Assembly: GCF_046296455.1 (NCBI RefSeq)
Contig: NZ_JBKBLF010000004.1
Coordinates: forward strand, 77,167-141,166
DNA from: Microcella sp.
Lineage (GTDB): Bacteria; Actinomycetota; Actinomycetes; Actinomycetales; Microbacteriaceae
Reading direction: 5' to 3'
DNA: 64,000 nt
Notes under the pieces: model-generated
What the model was told of the DNA's origin: nothing
The model's input: only the letters and a program-made list of their open reading frames with translations
The model's database searches: none
Shown here: positions 48,444 to 58,254 of the stretch, in pieces
How positions within the stretch are numbered: the stretch's first letter is position 1
Layout of the letters: each line of letters opens with the position of its first letter
Position numbers and translations under genes: made by a program

Positions 48444-48803
48444 ATGCCCGATCGTGCCGTGCCGACGCTGCCGTCACGCAGTCTCGATGCGACAGCCGCG
48501 TTCTACGCTCGGCTCGGGTTCGTCGAGCAGTACCGGGACGACGGCTGGCTGATCATGAGCCGAGCCGAGCTGACCCTCGAGTTCTTCCCGCATGCTCGAC
48601 TCCGCCCCGCGACGAGCGATCACCAGGCGAATCTGCGGGTCGACGATCTCGACGCGCTTCATGCAGCGTTCGCCGAATCCGGCATTCCACTCGCGACCAC
48701 GGGCATCCCCCGGTTGACCCCCATCGAGCGACAAGAGTGGGGCGCCCGCGCCGCCTTCCTCATCGACCTCGACGGCACGATGCTGCGACTGATAGAAAAC
48801 TGA
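48444..48803 (+). CDS. VOC family protein (glyoxalase/bleomycin resistance fold)
   Basis: Track ORF 48402..48803 trimmed to ATG 48444. AVPTLPSRSLDATAAFYARLGF...LRVDDLDALHAAF. Confidence 0.78.
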   Translation: MPDRAVPTLPSRSLDATAAFYARLGFVEQYRDDGWLIMSRAELTLEFFPHARLRPATSDHQANLRVDDLDALHAAFAESGIPLATTGIPRLTPIERQEWGARAAFLIDLDGTMLRLIEN

Positions 48804-48805
48804 TC

Positions 48806-49174
48806 ATGGCTACCGCACCGGCGACCCTCGACCGTGTGGCGCGCATGTCGTTCGGTCAGGTGTACCCGCTCTACGTCACCAAGGTCGAGCGCAAGGGCCG
48901 CACGAAGGCCGAGCTCGATGAGGTCATCACCTGGCTCACCGGGTTCGATCCGACGGCGATCGCGCGGCACGTGGCCGACCAGACGACGTTCGCCGACTTC
49001 TTCGAGCGCTCGACCCTCAACGCGAACGCCTCGCTCATCACGGGCGTCATCTGCGGCGTGCGCGTCGAAGAGATCGAAGAGCCGCTCATGCAGCAGGTGC
49101 GCTACCTCGACAAGCTCGTCGACGAGCTCGCCAAGGGCCGGGCGATGGAGAAAGTTCTGCGCACGAGCGCGTGA
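48806..49174 (+). CDS. DUF2200 domain-containing protein
   Basis: ATG 48806. FGQVYPLYVTKVERKGRTKAELDEVITWLTGFD signature. Confidence 0.78.
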   Translation: MATAPATLDRVARMSFGQVYPLYVTKVERKGRTKAELDEVITWLTGFDPTAIARHVADQTTFADFFERSTLNANASLITGVICGVRVEEIEEPLMQQVRYLDKLVDELAKGRAMEKVLRTSA

Positions 49175-49545
49175 CGATGCGCTGCCCCTGCCTGAGCGGC
49201 CTTCCCTATTTCGAGTGCTGCGAGCCGCTGCACCGCGGCGAGAGCGTCGCCCCGACGGCCGAGGCCCTCATGAGATCGCGGTTCAGCGCCTTCGCGGTCG
49301 GCGACAGCGACTATCTGCTGTCGTCGTGGCACCCCTCGACCCGGCCCGCCACGCTCGAGCTCGACCCCGAGCTGCGCTGGTACCGCCTCGACATCCTCGA
49401 TCGCGCCGCCGGCGGGCCGCTGGACACCCGTGGCGAGGTCGAGTTCGAGGCCTTCTGGCGCTCCCCCGACTCACGCGGCTCGCAGCGCGAGCGCAGCTGC
49501 TTCGTGCGCGAGGGCGGGCGCTGGTACTACGTGGCCGAGGCCTGA
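49171..49545 (+). CDS. YchJ family (UPF0225) SEC-C motif protein
   Basis: RCPCLSGLPYFECCEPLH SEC-C metal-binding motif followed by an NTF2-like domain. Alternative start ATG 49177. Confidence 0.8.
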   Translation: MTMRCPCLSGLPYFECCEPLHRGESVAPTAEALMRSRFSAFAVGDSDYLLSSWHPSTRPATLELDPELRWYRLDILDRAAGGPLDTRGEVEFEAFWRSPDSRGSQRERSCFVREGGRWYYVAEA

Positions 49546-50792
49546 CCCGCCGACGCATGAGCGAGCGGCCGATCGAGAACGGCCCCGTCGAGAACTCCGT
49601 CGAGAACCCCGTCGAGCGCGGCCTGGAGGTCGCGCCACAGGTCGACCCCCGACTCGAGGCCGATCGACAGGCGCACGATGCCAGCGCCGGGGCGGGCATC
49701 CGGCGCCACCGGGCGGTGCGTGAGCGACGCCGGATGCTGCACCAGCGAATCGACGCCCCCGAGCGACACTGCGTGGGTGAAGAGCCGCAGCGCTCCGGTC
49801 AGCGTCTGCGCGGCCGCGTATCCCCCCGCGAAGTCGACCGCGAGCATCGCCCCGGGCCCGCGCAGCTGCGTGCCGAGCAGCCCGCGCGGGTCGGATCCGG
49901 GCAGGCCCGGGTAGTGCACGCGCGCGACGGCGGGGTGCTGCGCCAGAAGCACGGCCAACTCCCCTGCCGTCGCCTGCTGGGCCCGAACGCGCAGCGCGAG
50001 CGTCGGCAACCCGCGGTGCAGCAGGTAGGCGCCGAGCGGGTGCAGCAGCCCGCCCGTGATCGCCCGCACGGGCCGGATGGCCGTCGCCCACGCGGCGCTC
50101 GTCGCGACCACTCCCCCCATGGCGTCGCCGTGGCCGCCGAGGTACTTCGTGGCGCTGTGCAGCACGAGCGCCGCCCCGTGTGCCAGCGGGTTCTGCAGCA
50201 CCGGCGTCGCGAAGGTGCTGTCGACCATGACGGGCACGTCGCGCGCCGCCGCCACGACCGCGGCGATGTCGACGAGCTCTAGCGTGGGGTTGCACGGCGT
50301 CTCCATGACGACGAGGCACGTGTCGGCGCGCACGGCATCACCGACCTCGTCGGGGGCGCAGAACGTCGTCTCGGCGCCGAGCAGCCCCGAGGCCAGCACG
50401 TGGTCGGTGCCGCCGTAGAGCGGGCGCACGGCGACGACGTGGCGGCCCCTCCCCCGATTCATCGCCGCTAGCAGCGTCGCCGAGAAGGCCGCCATGCCCG
50501 AGGCGAAAGCCACAGCTTCGTCAGCGCCCTCGAGCGTCGAGAGGGCCTCCTCGAATCGCGCGACCGTCGGGTTCCAGAGCCGCGCGTAGACATTGCCGCC
50601 CTCGGTCGGATGCCCGCCCGTCGCGATCGCCTCGTACGAGGCTCCCCCGGCGTCGATGTCGGGCAGCGGGTTCGTCGTCGACAGGTCGATCGGCAGCGCG
50701 TGCACCCCTAGCGCGGTCAGGTCGTCGCGGCCCGCGCGCACGGCGATGGTCTCGAAGGCGTCGTCGTGATGTGAGGCACCGGTGCTCGTCAT
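49527..50792 (-). CDS. Cys/Met metabolism PLP-dependent enzyme (cystathionine gamma-synthase / methionine gamma-lyase family)
   Basis: Track ORF 49527..50927 trimmed to ATG 50792. PLP-lysine motif HSATKYLGGHGD. Has an unusual repetitive C-terminal tail. Confidence 0.85.
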   Translation of the reverse strand: MTSTGASHHDDAFETIAVRAGRDDLTALGVHALPIDLSTTNPLPDIDAGGASYEAIATGGHPTEGGNVYARLWNPTVARFEEALSTLEGADEAVAFASGMAAFSATLLAAMNRGRGRHVVAVRPLYGGTDHVLASGLLGAETTFCAPDEVGDAVRADTCLVVMETPCNPTLELVDIAAVVAAARDVPVMVDSTFATPVLQNPLAHGAALVLHSATKYLGGHGDAMGGVVATSAAWATAIRPVRAITGGLLHPLGAYLLHRGLPTLALRVRAQQATAGELAVLLAQHPAVARVHYPGLPGSDPRGLLGTQLRGPGAMLAVDFAGGYAAAQTLTGALRLFTHAVSLGGVDSLVQHPASLTHRPVAPDARPGAGIVRLSIGLESGVDLWRDLQAALDGVLDGVLDGAVLDRPLAHASAGQASAT

Positions 50793-50887
50793 GCCCCGAT
50801 TCTGATGCTCTCTGCGGCCACATGGCAGAACTGCCGCAGGTTCCGCGCGGATTGACGCGATATGCGCGCGTGCTTCATGCTGACGGG

Positions 50888-51400
50888 ATGCTCGACTCGC
50901 CCTCATCGCAGAACGCGCGCCCCGCATCCCTCGACGACACCGACCTCGCGATGCTCGCCGAGCTCGAGCGCAACGGGCGCCTCACGAACGCAGCGCTCGC
51001 GGCCCGCGTCGGCATCGCCGAGTCGACGTGCACGCAACGGTTGCGGTCACTGCGCGACCGCGGAGTGATCCGCGGCTTCGGCGCCGAGATCGACCCGGCC
51101 GCGCTCGGGCTGACCCTGCAGGCGCTCATCACGGTGCGGCTCGGCACGCACGGGCGCGAGCAGATCCGCGACTTCGAGCAGCGCGTGCGGTCGCTGCCGA
51201 GCGTGCTCACGGCGTTCCACGTTGCCGGGGCCGACGACTACCTGCTGCATGTCGCCGTCGAGTCGGCCGCCGCGCTGCGCGAGCTCGTGCTCGAGCACCT
51301 CACGACCCACCCGCACGTGCGCCACGTCGAGACGCAGCTGGTGTTCGAGGTGCTCGAGGGCGCCGGCATGGTGCCCAGCGGCGCGCCGCGGTCGGCGTAG
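50888..51400 (+). CDS. Lrp/AsnC family transcriptional regulator
   Basis: Track ORF 50771..51400 trimmed to ATG 50888. HTH LDDTDLAMLAELERNGRLTNAALAARVGIAESTCTQRLRSL followed by a RAM domain. Confidence 0.88.
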   Translation: MLDSPSSQNARPASLDDTDLAMLAELERNGRLTNAALAARVGIAESTCTQRLRSLRDRGVIRGFGAEIDPAALGLTLQALITVRLGTHGREQIRDFEQRVRSLPSVLTAFHVAGADDYLLHVAVESAAALRELVLEHLTTHPHVRHVETQLVFEVLEGAGMVPSGAPRSA

Positions 51401-51415
51401 CGCCCCGCGCCGCCC

Positions 51416-52471
51416 CTAGCGCTGCGTGGCCGCCGCCCAGGCCTCGAGCTTCGCCGCCGCGGCCCCGGAGTCGATCGCGGCCGCCGCGACCTCGAGCTGC
51501 TCGGCGAGCCGCTCGAGCAGGGGGCGGCGCAGCTGCTCGGGATCCTGCGCGAGGCGGAACGACACGAGGCCCGCAGCGGAGTTGAGCAGCACGATGTCGC
51601 GCACCGGCCCCGCCTCACCCGCAAGCACGGCCCGCGCGAGGCCCGCGTTGTGCTCGGGCGTCGAGCCGAGGATGTCGTCGATCGCCGCGGTCGGGATGCC
51701 CAGCTCGCGCGGGTCGAGATCGTGCTCGGTCACGAAACCGCGCGAGACCTCCCAGATGTGGCTGTGGCCCGTTGTCGTGATCTTGTCGATGCCGTCGTCG
51801 CCGCGGTAGACGAGCGCCGTCGCTCCGCGGGTGCGGAACACGCCGACCATGAGCGGCACGCGGTCGAGGCTCGCCACGCCGACCGCTGAGGCCTCGGGCC
51901 GCGCGGGATTGCACAGCGGGCCGAGGATGTTGAAGACAGTCGAGATGCCGAGCTGGCGGCGCGGCGGGCCGGCGTGGCGGAACCCCGGGTGGAAGACCGC
52001 CGCGTTGAGGTAGGTCAGCCCGACCTCGCCGAAGACCTCGGCGACGCGCTCGGGCTCGAGCTCGATGTTGACGCCGAGCACGCCGAGCACGTCCGAGGCT
52101 CCCGAGGCCGAGCTCGCGCCCCGGTTGCCGTGCTTGGCGACAGGAACGCCCGCCGCGGCCACGACGATGGATGCGATCGACGAGACGTTCACGACGGCCC
52201 CGTACGGGTCGCCCCCGGTGCCGACGATGTCGAGCACCATGGGGTCGATCTCGATGCTGCGAGCGTGCCGCAGCGCAGCATCCCGAAACCCCACGATCTC
52301 GTCGACCGTCTCGCCCTTCGCGCGCAGGGCCACGAGGAACCCGCCCAACTGGGCCTCGGTCGCCTCGCCCGAGACCACCTGCTCCATCGCCCACGACGCT
52401 TCGGCGATCGAGAGATCGTCGCCCTCGAGCATGCGGGTCAGGATCCGGGGCCACGTGGGGGTCGTCGACAT
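51416..52471 (-). CDS. trpD: Anthranilate phosphoribosyltransferase
   Basis: 351 aa. LDIVGTGGD and [15 protein letters not shown] motifs. Conserved neighbour of ctaE in actinobacteria. Confidence 0.95.
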   Translation of the reverse strand: MSTTPTWPRILTRMLEGDDLSIAEASWAMEQVVSGEATEAQLGGFLVALRAKGETVDEIVGFRDAALRHARSIEIDPMVLDIVGTGGDPYGAVVNVSSIASIVVAAAGVPVAKHGNRGASSASGASDVLGVLGVNIELEPERVAEVFGEVGLTYLNAAVFHPGFRHAGPPRRQLGISTVFNILGPLCNPARPEASAVGVASLDRVPLMVGVFRTRGATALVYRGDDGIDKITTTGHSHIWEVSRGFVTEHDLDPRELGIPTAAIDDILGSTPEHNAGLARAVLAGEAGPVRDIVLLNSAAGLVSFRLAQDPEQLRRPLLERLAEQLEVAAAAIDSGAAAAKLEAWAAATQR

Positions 52472-52549
52472 GACTCGATGCTACTTTCTCGCCCGAAACC
52501 GGGGTGTCGTCCGGCTCGAACCTCCAGTTTCATCGGTCATAATGAGGGG

Positions 52550-53179
52550 GTGACCAGTACCTCGCTTTCGAGCTCGCTCAGCGCGCCCACGATCAACCGA
52601 CCGAACGTCGTCGCCGTGGGCACGATCGTCTGGCTGGGAAGCGAGGTGATGTTCTTCGCTGGCCTCTTCGCCATCTACTTCACCCTGCGGTCGACCTCGC
52701 CTCAGCTGTGGGAGCAGGGCACCGAGCTCTTTAACATCCCGCTCGCGACCGTCAACACGATCATCCTCGTGCTCTCGAGCGTCACGTGTCAGTTCGGGGT
52801 CTTCGCCGCCGAACGCCTTCAGGCGCGACGAACCGGTTGGAGCCCCGTGAAGTGGGGCATGATCGAGTGGTTCTTCCTCACCTACGCGATGGGTGCCGTC
52901 TTCGTCATCGGCCAGATCTACGAATACGCCATCCTCGTGAGCGAGTACGTCACCCTCGACTCCGACGCCTTCGGCTCGGCCTTCTACCTCACGACGGGCT
53001 TCCACGGCCTGCACGTCACCGGCGGCCTCATTGCCTTCCTGCTGGTGATCGGCCGCGCATATGCCGTGAAGACCTTCACGCACCGGGATGCCACGAGCGC
53101 CATCGTGGTCTCCTATTACTGGCACTTCGTTGACGTGGTCTGGATCGGCCTCTTCCTCGTCATCTACGTCCTCCAATAA
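52550..53179 (+). CDS. ctaE: Cytochrome c oxidase subunit III
   Basis: Track ORF 51974..53179 trimmed to GTG 52550, preceded by GAGGGG. Five TM segments, [15 protein letters not shown] motif. Confidence 0.9.
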   Translation: MTSTSLSSSLSAPTINRPNVVAVGTIVWLGSEVMFFAGLFAIYFTLRSTSPQLWEQGTELFNIPLATVNTIILVLSSVTCQFGVFAAERLQARRTGWSPVKWGMIEWFFLTYAMGAVFVIGQIYEYAILVSEYVTLDSDAFGSAFYLTTGFHGLHVTGGLIAFLLVIGRAYAVKTFTHRDATSAIVVSYYWHFVDVVWIGLFLVIYVLQ

Positions 53180-53205
53180 ACCGCAGAATCGAGACGCTCC
53201 ACACC

Positions 53206-54006
53206 ATGGCACCCACCGCTCCTGCATCCGCCCGCCGCGTCGGCCGCCGCCACCCGCTCGCGACCACCGCGCTGCTCGTCGTCGGCCTGCTGGCCACCGG
53301 CGGCGCCTACGCGCTCGCGACGACCACGGCCACCGCCGAGACCACGGCCGCCAGCGCGCAGCTCATCGACGACGGCGGCAAGCTCTTCGCCGCGAACTGC
53401 GCCAGCTGCCACGGCCTCAACGCCGAAGGCACCGCCGCTGGCCCCACGCTCATCGGCGCGGGCGCCCTCGCGGTCGACTTCCAGGTCGGCACCGGGCGCA
53501 TGCCCATGGCCGCGTCGGGTCCGCAGGCCGAGGTCAAGCCGGTGCAGTTCACGCAGGAGCAGATCGATGCCATGGCCGCGTGGGTCGCCGACCTCGCTCC
53601 CGGCCCGGCCGTCCCGCCCGACCGCTACATCGCGGGCGACGGCGACGCCGCCAACGGCGCCGAACTGTTCCGCATCAACTGCGCCATGTGCCACAACGTG
53701 GCCGGCGCCGGTGGCGCTCTCACCGAGGGAAAGTGGGCGCCGGGTCTCGCGGGCGTCGACCCCGTGCACATCTACGGCGCCATGGTGACGGGCCCGCAGA
53801 ACATGCCGGTGTTCAGCGACCTCAACCTCACGCCCGAAGAGAAGAACGACATCATCACCTACCTGCTCTACGTGCAGGAGAACCCCTCGGTCGGCGGCTG
53901 GGACCTCGGTTCGCTCGGTCCCGTCTCGGAGGGCCTCTTCATCTGGATCTTCGGCCTCGGCGCTCTCGTCGGTGTGACCATCTGGCTCACCGCGAAGTCG
54001 AACTAG
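53206..54006 (+). CDS. qcrC: Cytochrome bc1 complex dihaem cytochrome c subunit
   Basis: Two CxxCH motifs (CASCH, CAMCH) and a C-terminal TM anchor. Confidence 0.92.
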   Translation: MAPTAPASARRVGRRHPLATTALLVVGLLATGGAYALATTTATAETTAASAQLIDDGGKLFAANCASCHGLNAEGTAAGPTLIGAGALAVDFQVGTGRMPMAASGPQAEVKPVQFTQEQIDAMAAWVADLAPGPAVPPDRYIAGDGDAANGAELFRINCAMCHNVAGAGGALTEGKWAPGLAGVDPVHIYGAMVTGPQNMPVFSDLNLTPEEKNDIITYLLYVQENPSVGGWDLGSLGPVSEGLFIWIFGLGALVGVTIWLTAKSN

Positions 54007-54037
54007 GCCCGCACAGCACTCGAGGAAAGGACGACCA

Positions 54038-55120
54038 TTGGCTGAGGCACACGACGGCACCCCGAGCGGCGAGACCGCGGGCAACGCTGTCGCCCAGCAG
54101 GCGGATCACAGCGCGCCGGCCCCCGCCGTCGCGGTAGTGCGCACCGACCGCATCCCCAACCCGGGGTTCCCGCCCGAGCGGCTGCGGGTCACCGATCTCG
54201 ACCCGAAGAAAGAGAAGCAGGCCGAGCGCACGATTAGCGCGCTCTTCTTCCTCTCGATCGTCGGTAGCGTGCTCGCGGTCGCGGCGTACATCCTGTTCCC
54301 GATCGACGAGCTTGACCCGAGCACGATCCGCCTGAACAACATGTTCCTCGGCATCGGCATCACGCTCGGACTGCTGGGCGTCGGCATCGGCGCCGTGCAC
54401 TGGTCGAAGGCCCTCATGCACGGGCACGAGCTCGTCGAGCAGCGGCACCCCACGCGCGGCAGCGACGAGTCGCGCGACCGCGCCGTCGAGATCTTCCGTG
54501 AGGCCAACGCCGAGTCGGGCTTCACGCGTCGCACGCTCGTGCGCAACTCGCTGATCGGCGCGGTCGTCGCCACGCCCATCCCGGCGATCGCCCTCTTCCG
54601 CGACCTCGCGCCCGCCGAAGACCCGGTCGCGCTTCTCAAGCACACGATGTGGGAGGCGGGCACCCGCCTCGCGCGCGACCCCTCCGGCACGCCGATCAAG
54701 GCCTCCGAGGTGACGATCGGCTCGGCCTTCCACGTGATCCCCGAGGGTCTTGCCGAGCTCGAGTCGCACCGGCTCGAAGAGAAGGCCAAAGCGGCCGTGC
54801 TGCTCATGCGCCTGCCGGTCGACGAGCTCAACGAAGACCCGGCGAAGGCTGACTGGTCGTACGACGGCATCGTCGCCTACTCCAAGATCTGTACGCACGT
54901 CGGATGCCCCGTCGCGCTGTACGAGCAGCAGACGCACCACCTGCTGTGCCCCTGCCACCAGTCCCAGTTCGACGTCGCGAACCATTGCGAGGTCATCTTC
55001 GGACCGGCGGCCCGTCCCCTCCCCCAGCTCCCGATCACTGTGGATGAAGAGGGTTACCTCGTCGCGCAGAGCGACTTCACCGAACCTGTGGGTCCGAGCT
55101 TCTGGGAGCGTGCACTGTGA
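54038..55120 (+). CDS. qcrA: Cytochrome bc1 complex Rieske iron-sulfur subunit
   Basis: TTG start preceded by GAGGAAAGGA. Rieske motifs CTHVGCPV and CPCHQSQF. Confidence 0.92.
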   Translation: MAEAHDGTPSGETAGNAVAQQADHSAPAPAVAVVRTDRIPNPGFPPERLRVTDLDPKKEKQAERTISALFFLSIVGSVLAVAAYILFPIDELDPSTIRLNNMFLGIGITLGLLGVGIGAVHWSKALMHGHELVEQRHPTRGSDESRDRAVEIFREANAESGFTRRTLVRNSLIGAVVATPIPAIALFRDLAPAEDPVALLKHTMWEAGTRLARDPSGTPIKASEVTIGSAFHVIPEGLAELESHRLEEKAKAAVLLMRLPVDELNEDPAKADWSYDGIVAYSKICTHVGCPVALYEQQTHHLLCPCHQSQFDVANHCEVIFGPAARPLPQLPITVDEEGYLVAQSDFTEPVGPSFWERAL

Positions 55121-56739
55121 GTACCACTGCGACCCCGCCGGCACCGTCGGCCGAGACCGCGCCCGGGCGCGGCATGCGGTTCACGGGCTGGGCGGCCAAC
55201 TACGTCGATGAGCGCACGAGCGCCTCGACCGCCGTCAAGGCCCTCGGGCGCAAGATCTTCCCCGACCACTGGTCGTTCATGCTCGGCGAGGTGGCGCTCT
55301 ACAGCTTCATCGTCATCCTGCTCAGCGGCACGTTCCTGACCTTCTTCTTCGACCCCTCCATGACCGAGGTCGAGTACGAGGGCTCGTACGTGCCCCTGCA
55401 GGGCATCCCGATGTCGGTGGCCTACCACTCGGCGCTCGACATCTCGTTCGAGATCCGCGGCGGTCTGCTCATGCGCCAGGTGCACCACTGGGCGGCGCTG
55501 CTGTTCGTGGCCGCGATCGGCCTGCACATGCTGCGCGTGTTCTTCACCGGCGCCTTCCGCAAGCCGCGCGAGTTCAACTGGGTCATCGGGTTCCTGCTGT
55601 TCGTCATGGCCATGGCCCTGGGCTTCACCGGGTACTCGCTGCCCGACGACCTGCTCTCGGGCAACGGCCTGCGCATCATCGACGGCATGATCAAGGCGGT
55701 GCCGGTGGCCGGTGCCTGGATCTCGTTCCTGCTCTTCGGTGACGAGTTCCCCGGAACAGACATCATCCCGCGCCTCTACGTGCTGCACATCATGCTGCTG
55801 CCGGCGATCACGATCGCCCTCATCGGAATCCACATGGTGCTGCTGATCGTCAACAAGCACACGCAGTTCGCGGCGCCCGGCCGCACCAACGACAACGTCG
55901 TCGGCGCGCCCGTGCTGCCCGCGTTCGCGGCGAAGGCCGGCGGGTTCTTCTTCATCGTGTTCGGTGTGATCGTGCTGATCGCCTCGTTCTTCACGATCAA
56001 CCCGATCTGGAACTACGGACCGTACGACCCATCGCCGGTCTCGGCCGGAACCCAGCCCGACTGGTACATCGGCTTCGCCGACGGCGCCCTGCGCCTGATC
56101 CCGTCGAACCTCGACGTCGTCGACCCGTTCGGCTTCACCTGGGCGTTCGGCGTGCTGATCCCGCTCGTGGGTCTGCTCGTCTTCATGGCCGTCGTGGCGC
56201 TCTACCCGTTCTTCGAGGCCTGGGTCACGGGAGACCGTCGTGAGCACCACATCGCCGAGCGCCCGCGCAACGCGCCCGTGCGCACGGCGATCGGTGCGGC
56301 AGGCGTCACGTTCTACGCGGCGCTGTGGGCCGCAGCGAGCTCCGACCTCATCGCGACGCACTTCCGGCTCTCGATCGAGGGGGTCATCCTGGCCCTGCAG
56401 CTCGCGACCGTCTTCGGCCCGTTCATCGCCTTCTTCATCACGAAGCGGGTCTGCCTCGCACTGCAGCGCAAAGATCGCGAAATCGCGCTGCACGGCTTCG
56501 AGTCGGGTCGCGTCGTGCGCCTGCCGGGCGGCGAGTACATCGAGGTGCACGAGCAGCTCGACGACTTCGAGCGCTGGCGCCTGGTGAGCTTCGACGAGTA
56601 CCAGCCGCTCATGATCCGCCCGAACGACGACGGCAAGATCACGGTCACGCAGCGTGTGCGCGCGAGCCTCTCGCGGTGGTTCTTCGAAGACCGCATCGCG
56701 CCGGTCACCATGAACGAGCTCGAGTCGCAGAAGCACTGA
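55117..56739 (+). CDS. qcrB: Cytochrome bc1 complex cytochrome b subunit
   Basis: 540 aa. Haem-ligand histidines in HHWAALLFVAAIGLH and LHIMLLP, plus the long actinobacterial C-terminal extension. Confidence 0.93.
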   Translation: MSTTATPPAPSAETAPGRGMRFTGWAANYVDERTSASTAVKALGRKIFPDHWSFMLGEVALYSFIVILLSGTFLTFFFDPSMTEVEYEGSYVPLQGIPMSVAYHSALDISFEIRGGLLMRQVHHWAALLFVAAIGLHMLRVFFTGAFRKPREFNWVIGFLLFVMAMALGFTGYSLPDDLLSGNGLRIIDGMIKAVPVAGAWISFLLFGDEFPGTDIIPRLYVLHIMLLPAITIALIGIHMVLLIVNKHTQFAAPGRTNDNVVGAPVLPAFAAKAGGFFFIVFGVIVLIASFFTINPIWNYGPYDPSPVSAGTQPDWYIGFADGALRLIPSNLDVVDPFGFTWAFGVLIPLVGLLVFMAVVALYPFFEAWVTGDRREHHIAERPRNAPVRTAIGAAGVTFYAALWAAASSDLIATHFRLSIEGVILALQLATVFGPFIAFFITKRVCLALQRKDREIALHGFESGRVVRLPGGEYIEVHEQLDDFERWRLVSFDEYQPLMIRPNDDGKITVTQRVRASLSRWFFEDRIAPVTMNELESQKH

Positions 56740-56755
56740 CGCTCCGAACGACGAT

Positions 56756-56794
56756 CGGTCCCGCTCTCCCTCTGGGAGGCGGGGCCGTTCTCGT
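56756..56794 (+). terminator. Intrinsic terminator after qcrB
   Basis: CGGTCCCGCTCTCCC-TC-TGGGAGGCGGGGCCG extended hairpin followed by TTCTCGT. Confidence 0.6.
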
Positions 56795-56821
56795 CGGTGC
56801 CGACGCGCGTGCCGCTCGGTG

Positions 56822-57382
56822 TCAGAGTGCCGCCCACTCGCGCCGCAGCAGGGCGAACCGCTCGAGCGTCGTCCACTCGCCCTTGAACCAGTCGCCCTCG
56901 AGGATCGTGCCCTCGTGCCGCAGCCCCACGCGCCGCATGAGCGCGAGCACCGCGGTGTTGCGGGCATCGCCCTGCATGACGACGCGGTGGGCGCCGCGCT
57001 CGGCCATGAGCCAGTCGATGACCGCCCTGAGCGCCTCGGCCGCGTACCCGCGCCCGTGGTGCGCGGGCGCGAGCGTGACCCCGAGCTCGTAGCTGTGCGG
57101 CTGCGACGCGTCGGCGCCCACCGCCACATCACCCACGAGCACACGAGGGCGATCAGCGCCCGAAGTCGCCCGGAGGCCGAGCTGCACCCACTCCCCCGGC
57201 TGCGGGATGCCCGACGCCGGCTGAGCGGCCACAAGAGCCTCAGCATCCCCGGTGGAGTAGTCCGACTCCCACGACTGGTAGCGAGCGATGGCGGGAACCC
57301 GGCGGTACGCCACGAACGCCGGTACGTCAGCGACGTCGAGCGGGCTGATCTCGAGCCGCGGTGTGACGAGGATGACGCTCAT
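56822..57382 (-). CDS. GNAT family N-acetyltransferase (RimJ/RimL-like)
   Basis: Track ORF 56822..57511 trimmed to ATG 57382. TPRLEISPL N-terminus and HHGRGYAAEALRAVIDW acetyl-CoA motif. Confidence 0.82.
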   Translation of the reverse strand: MSVILVTPRLEISPLDVADVPAFVAYRRVPAIARYQSWESDYSTGDAEALVAAQPASGIPQPGEWVQLGLRATSGADRPRVLVGDVAVGADASQPHSYELGVTLAPAHHGRGYAAEALRAVIDWLMAERGAHRVVMQGDARNTAVLALMRRVGLRHEGTILEGDWFKGEWTTLERFALLRREWAAL

Positions 57383-57399
57383 GGGTGCACTGCCTCGGG

Positions 57400-57828
57400 T
57401 CAGAACACCCGGCGCATGTACTCGGCGTTCTGCGAATAGCCGAGACGGTCGTAGAAGCCACCGGCGCGACGGGCGGCGACCGTGAGCTGGCGCACTCCGC
57501 GGCGGATGCACTCCGCTTCGACCTCGCGCACGAGAGCGGTGCCCAGATCGAGACCGCGGGCGTCTTCATCCACCGCGATCTCTTGCAGCTGCGCCGAGAG
57601 ACCGTTCGTCGAGAGCAGGCGTGCGATCGTCGTCAGGGCATAGCCCTGCACGACCCCCTCGCCGTTCTCGGCGACGAGCAGCAGCACGTCGTCATCCGCG
57701 TTGTCGACGATGGCCGCGAAGCTCTCGTCGAACGCCGAGCGCACGGGCACGAACGCGGCGCCGAGCTGGCGCACGAGCTCGAACACGGCATCAGCATCCG
57801 TCGCCGTCGCCCGGCGCACCGTGCTCAT
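57400..57828 (-). CDS. GNAT family N-acetyltransferase
   Basis: Track ORF 57400..58032 trimmed to ATG 57828. VDEDARGLDLGTALV motif A. Its start lies 1 nt after the ctaF stop. Confidence 0.82.
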   Translation of the reverse strand: MSTVRRATATDADAVFELVRQLGAAFVPVRSAFDESFAAIVDNADDDVLLLVAENGEGVVQGYALTTIARLLSTNGLSAQLQEIAVDEDARGLDLGTALVREVEAECIRRGVRQLTVAARRAGGFYDRLGYSQNAEYMRRVF

Positions 57829-57829
57829 G

Positions 57830-58246
57830 TCAGCGACCGAAGTTGCCGCGGTAGTACTCGTAGACCCAGCCGACGAGGGCGAGCAGCGCGATCGGGACAG
57901 CGTACGCGACGATCCAGAACGAGATCGAGAGCCCGAGGAACACAAGGGCGGCACCGCCGGCGAGGAACACGGGCCACCAACTCCACGGCGAGAAGAAGCC
58001 CTGCTCGGCCTCGCCGTCGTCGATGTCGGCATCGAGGCGGTCTTCGGCGAGCTCGCCGCCCTGGTTGCGGTAGACGAGTCGCAGATACACCGCGATGAAC
58101 GCCGAGAGGATCGCGCAGAGGCCGATGGCCACCGCGCCGACCCACTCGACCTGGCCGGTGTCGATGATCGCCCACACGACGTACACCGCCGTGAGGAGCG
58201 TGAAGAAGCCCAGCAGCACCCAGAAGAGGTTGATCGTCGTCTTCAT
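57830..58246 (-). CDS. ctaF: Cytochrome c oxidase subunit 4 (actinobacterial CtaF)
   Basis: Track ORF 57830..59056 trimmed to ATG 58246. 138 aa, four TM segments, immediately after ctaD. Confidence 0.85.
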   Translation of the reverse strand: MKTTINLFWVLLGFFTLLTAVYVVWAIIDTGQVEWVGAVAIGLCAILSAFIAVYLRLVYRNQGGELAEDRLDADIDDGEAEQGFFSPWSWWPVFLAGGAALVFLGLSISFWIVAYAVPIALLALVGWVYEYYRGNFGR

Positions 58247-58254
58247 GGCCTGCC

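Noticed and set aside
55412-55419. Intragenic TGTCGGTG octamers (also at 61383-61390)
   Set aside because: They lie inside qcrB, and inside and antisense to erpA. Neither is followed by a TAnnnT hexamer at N8, so they are chance occurrences.
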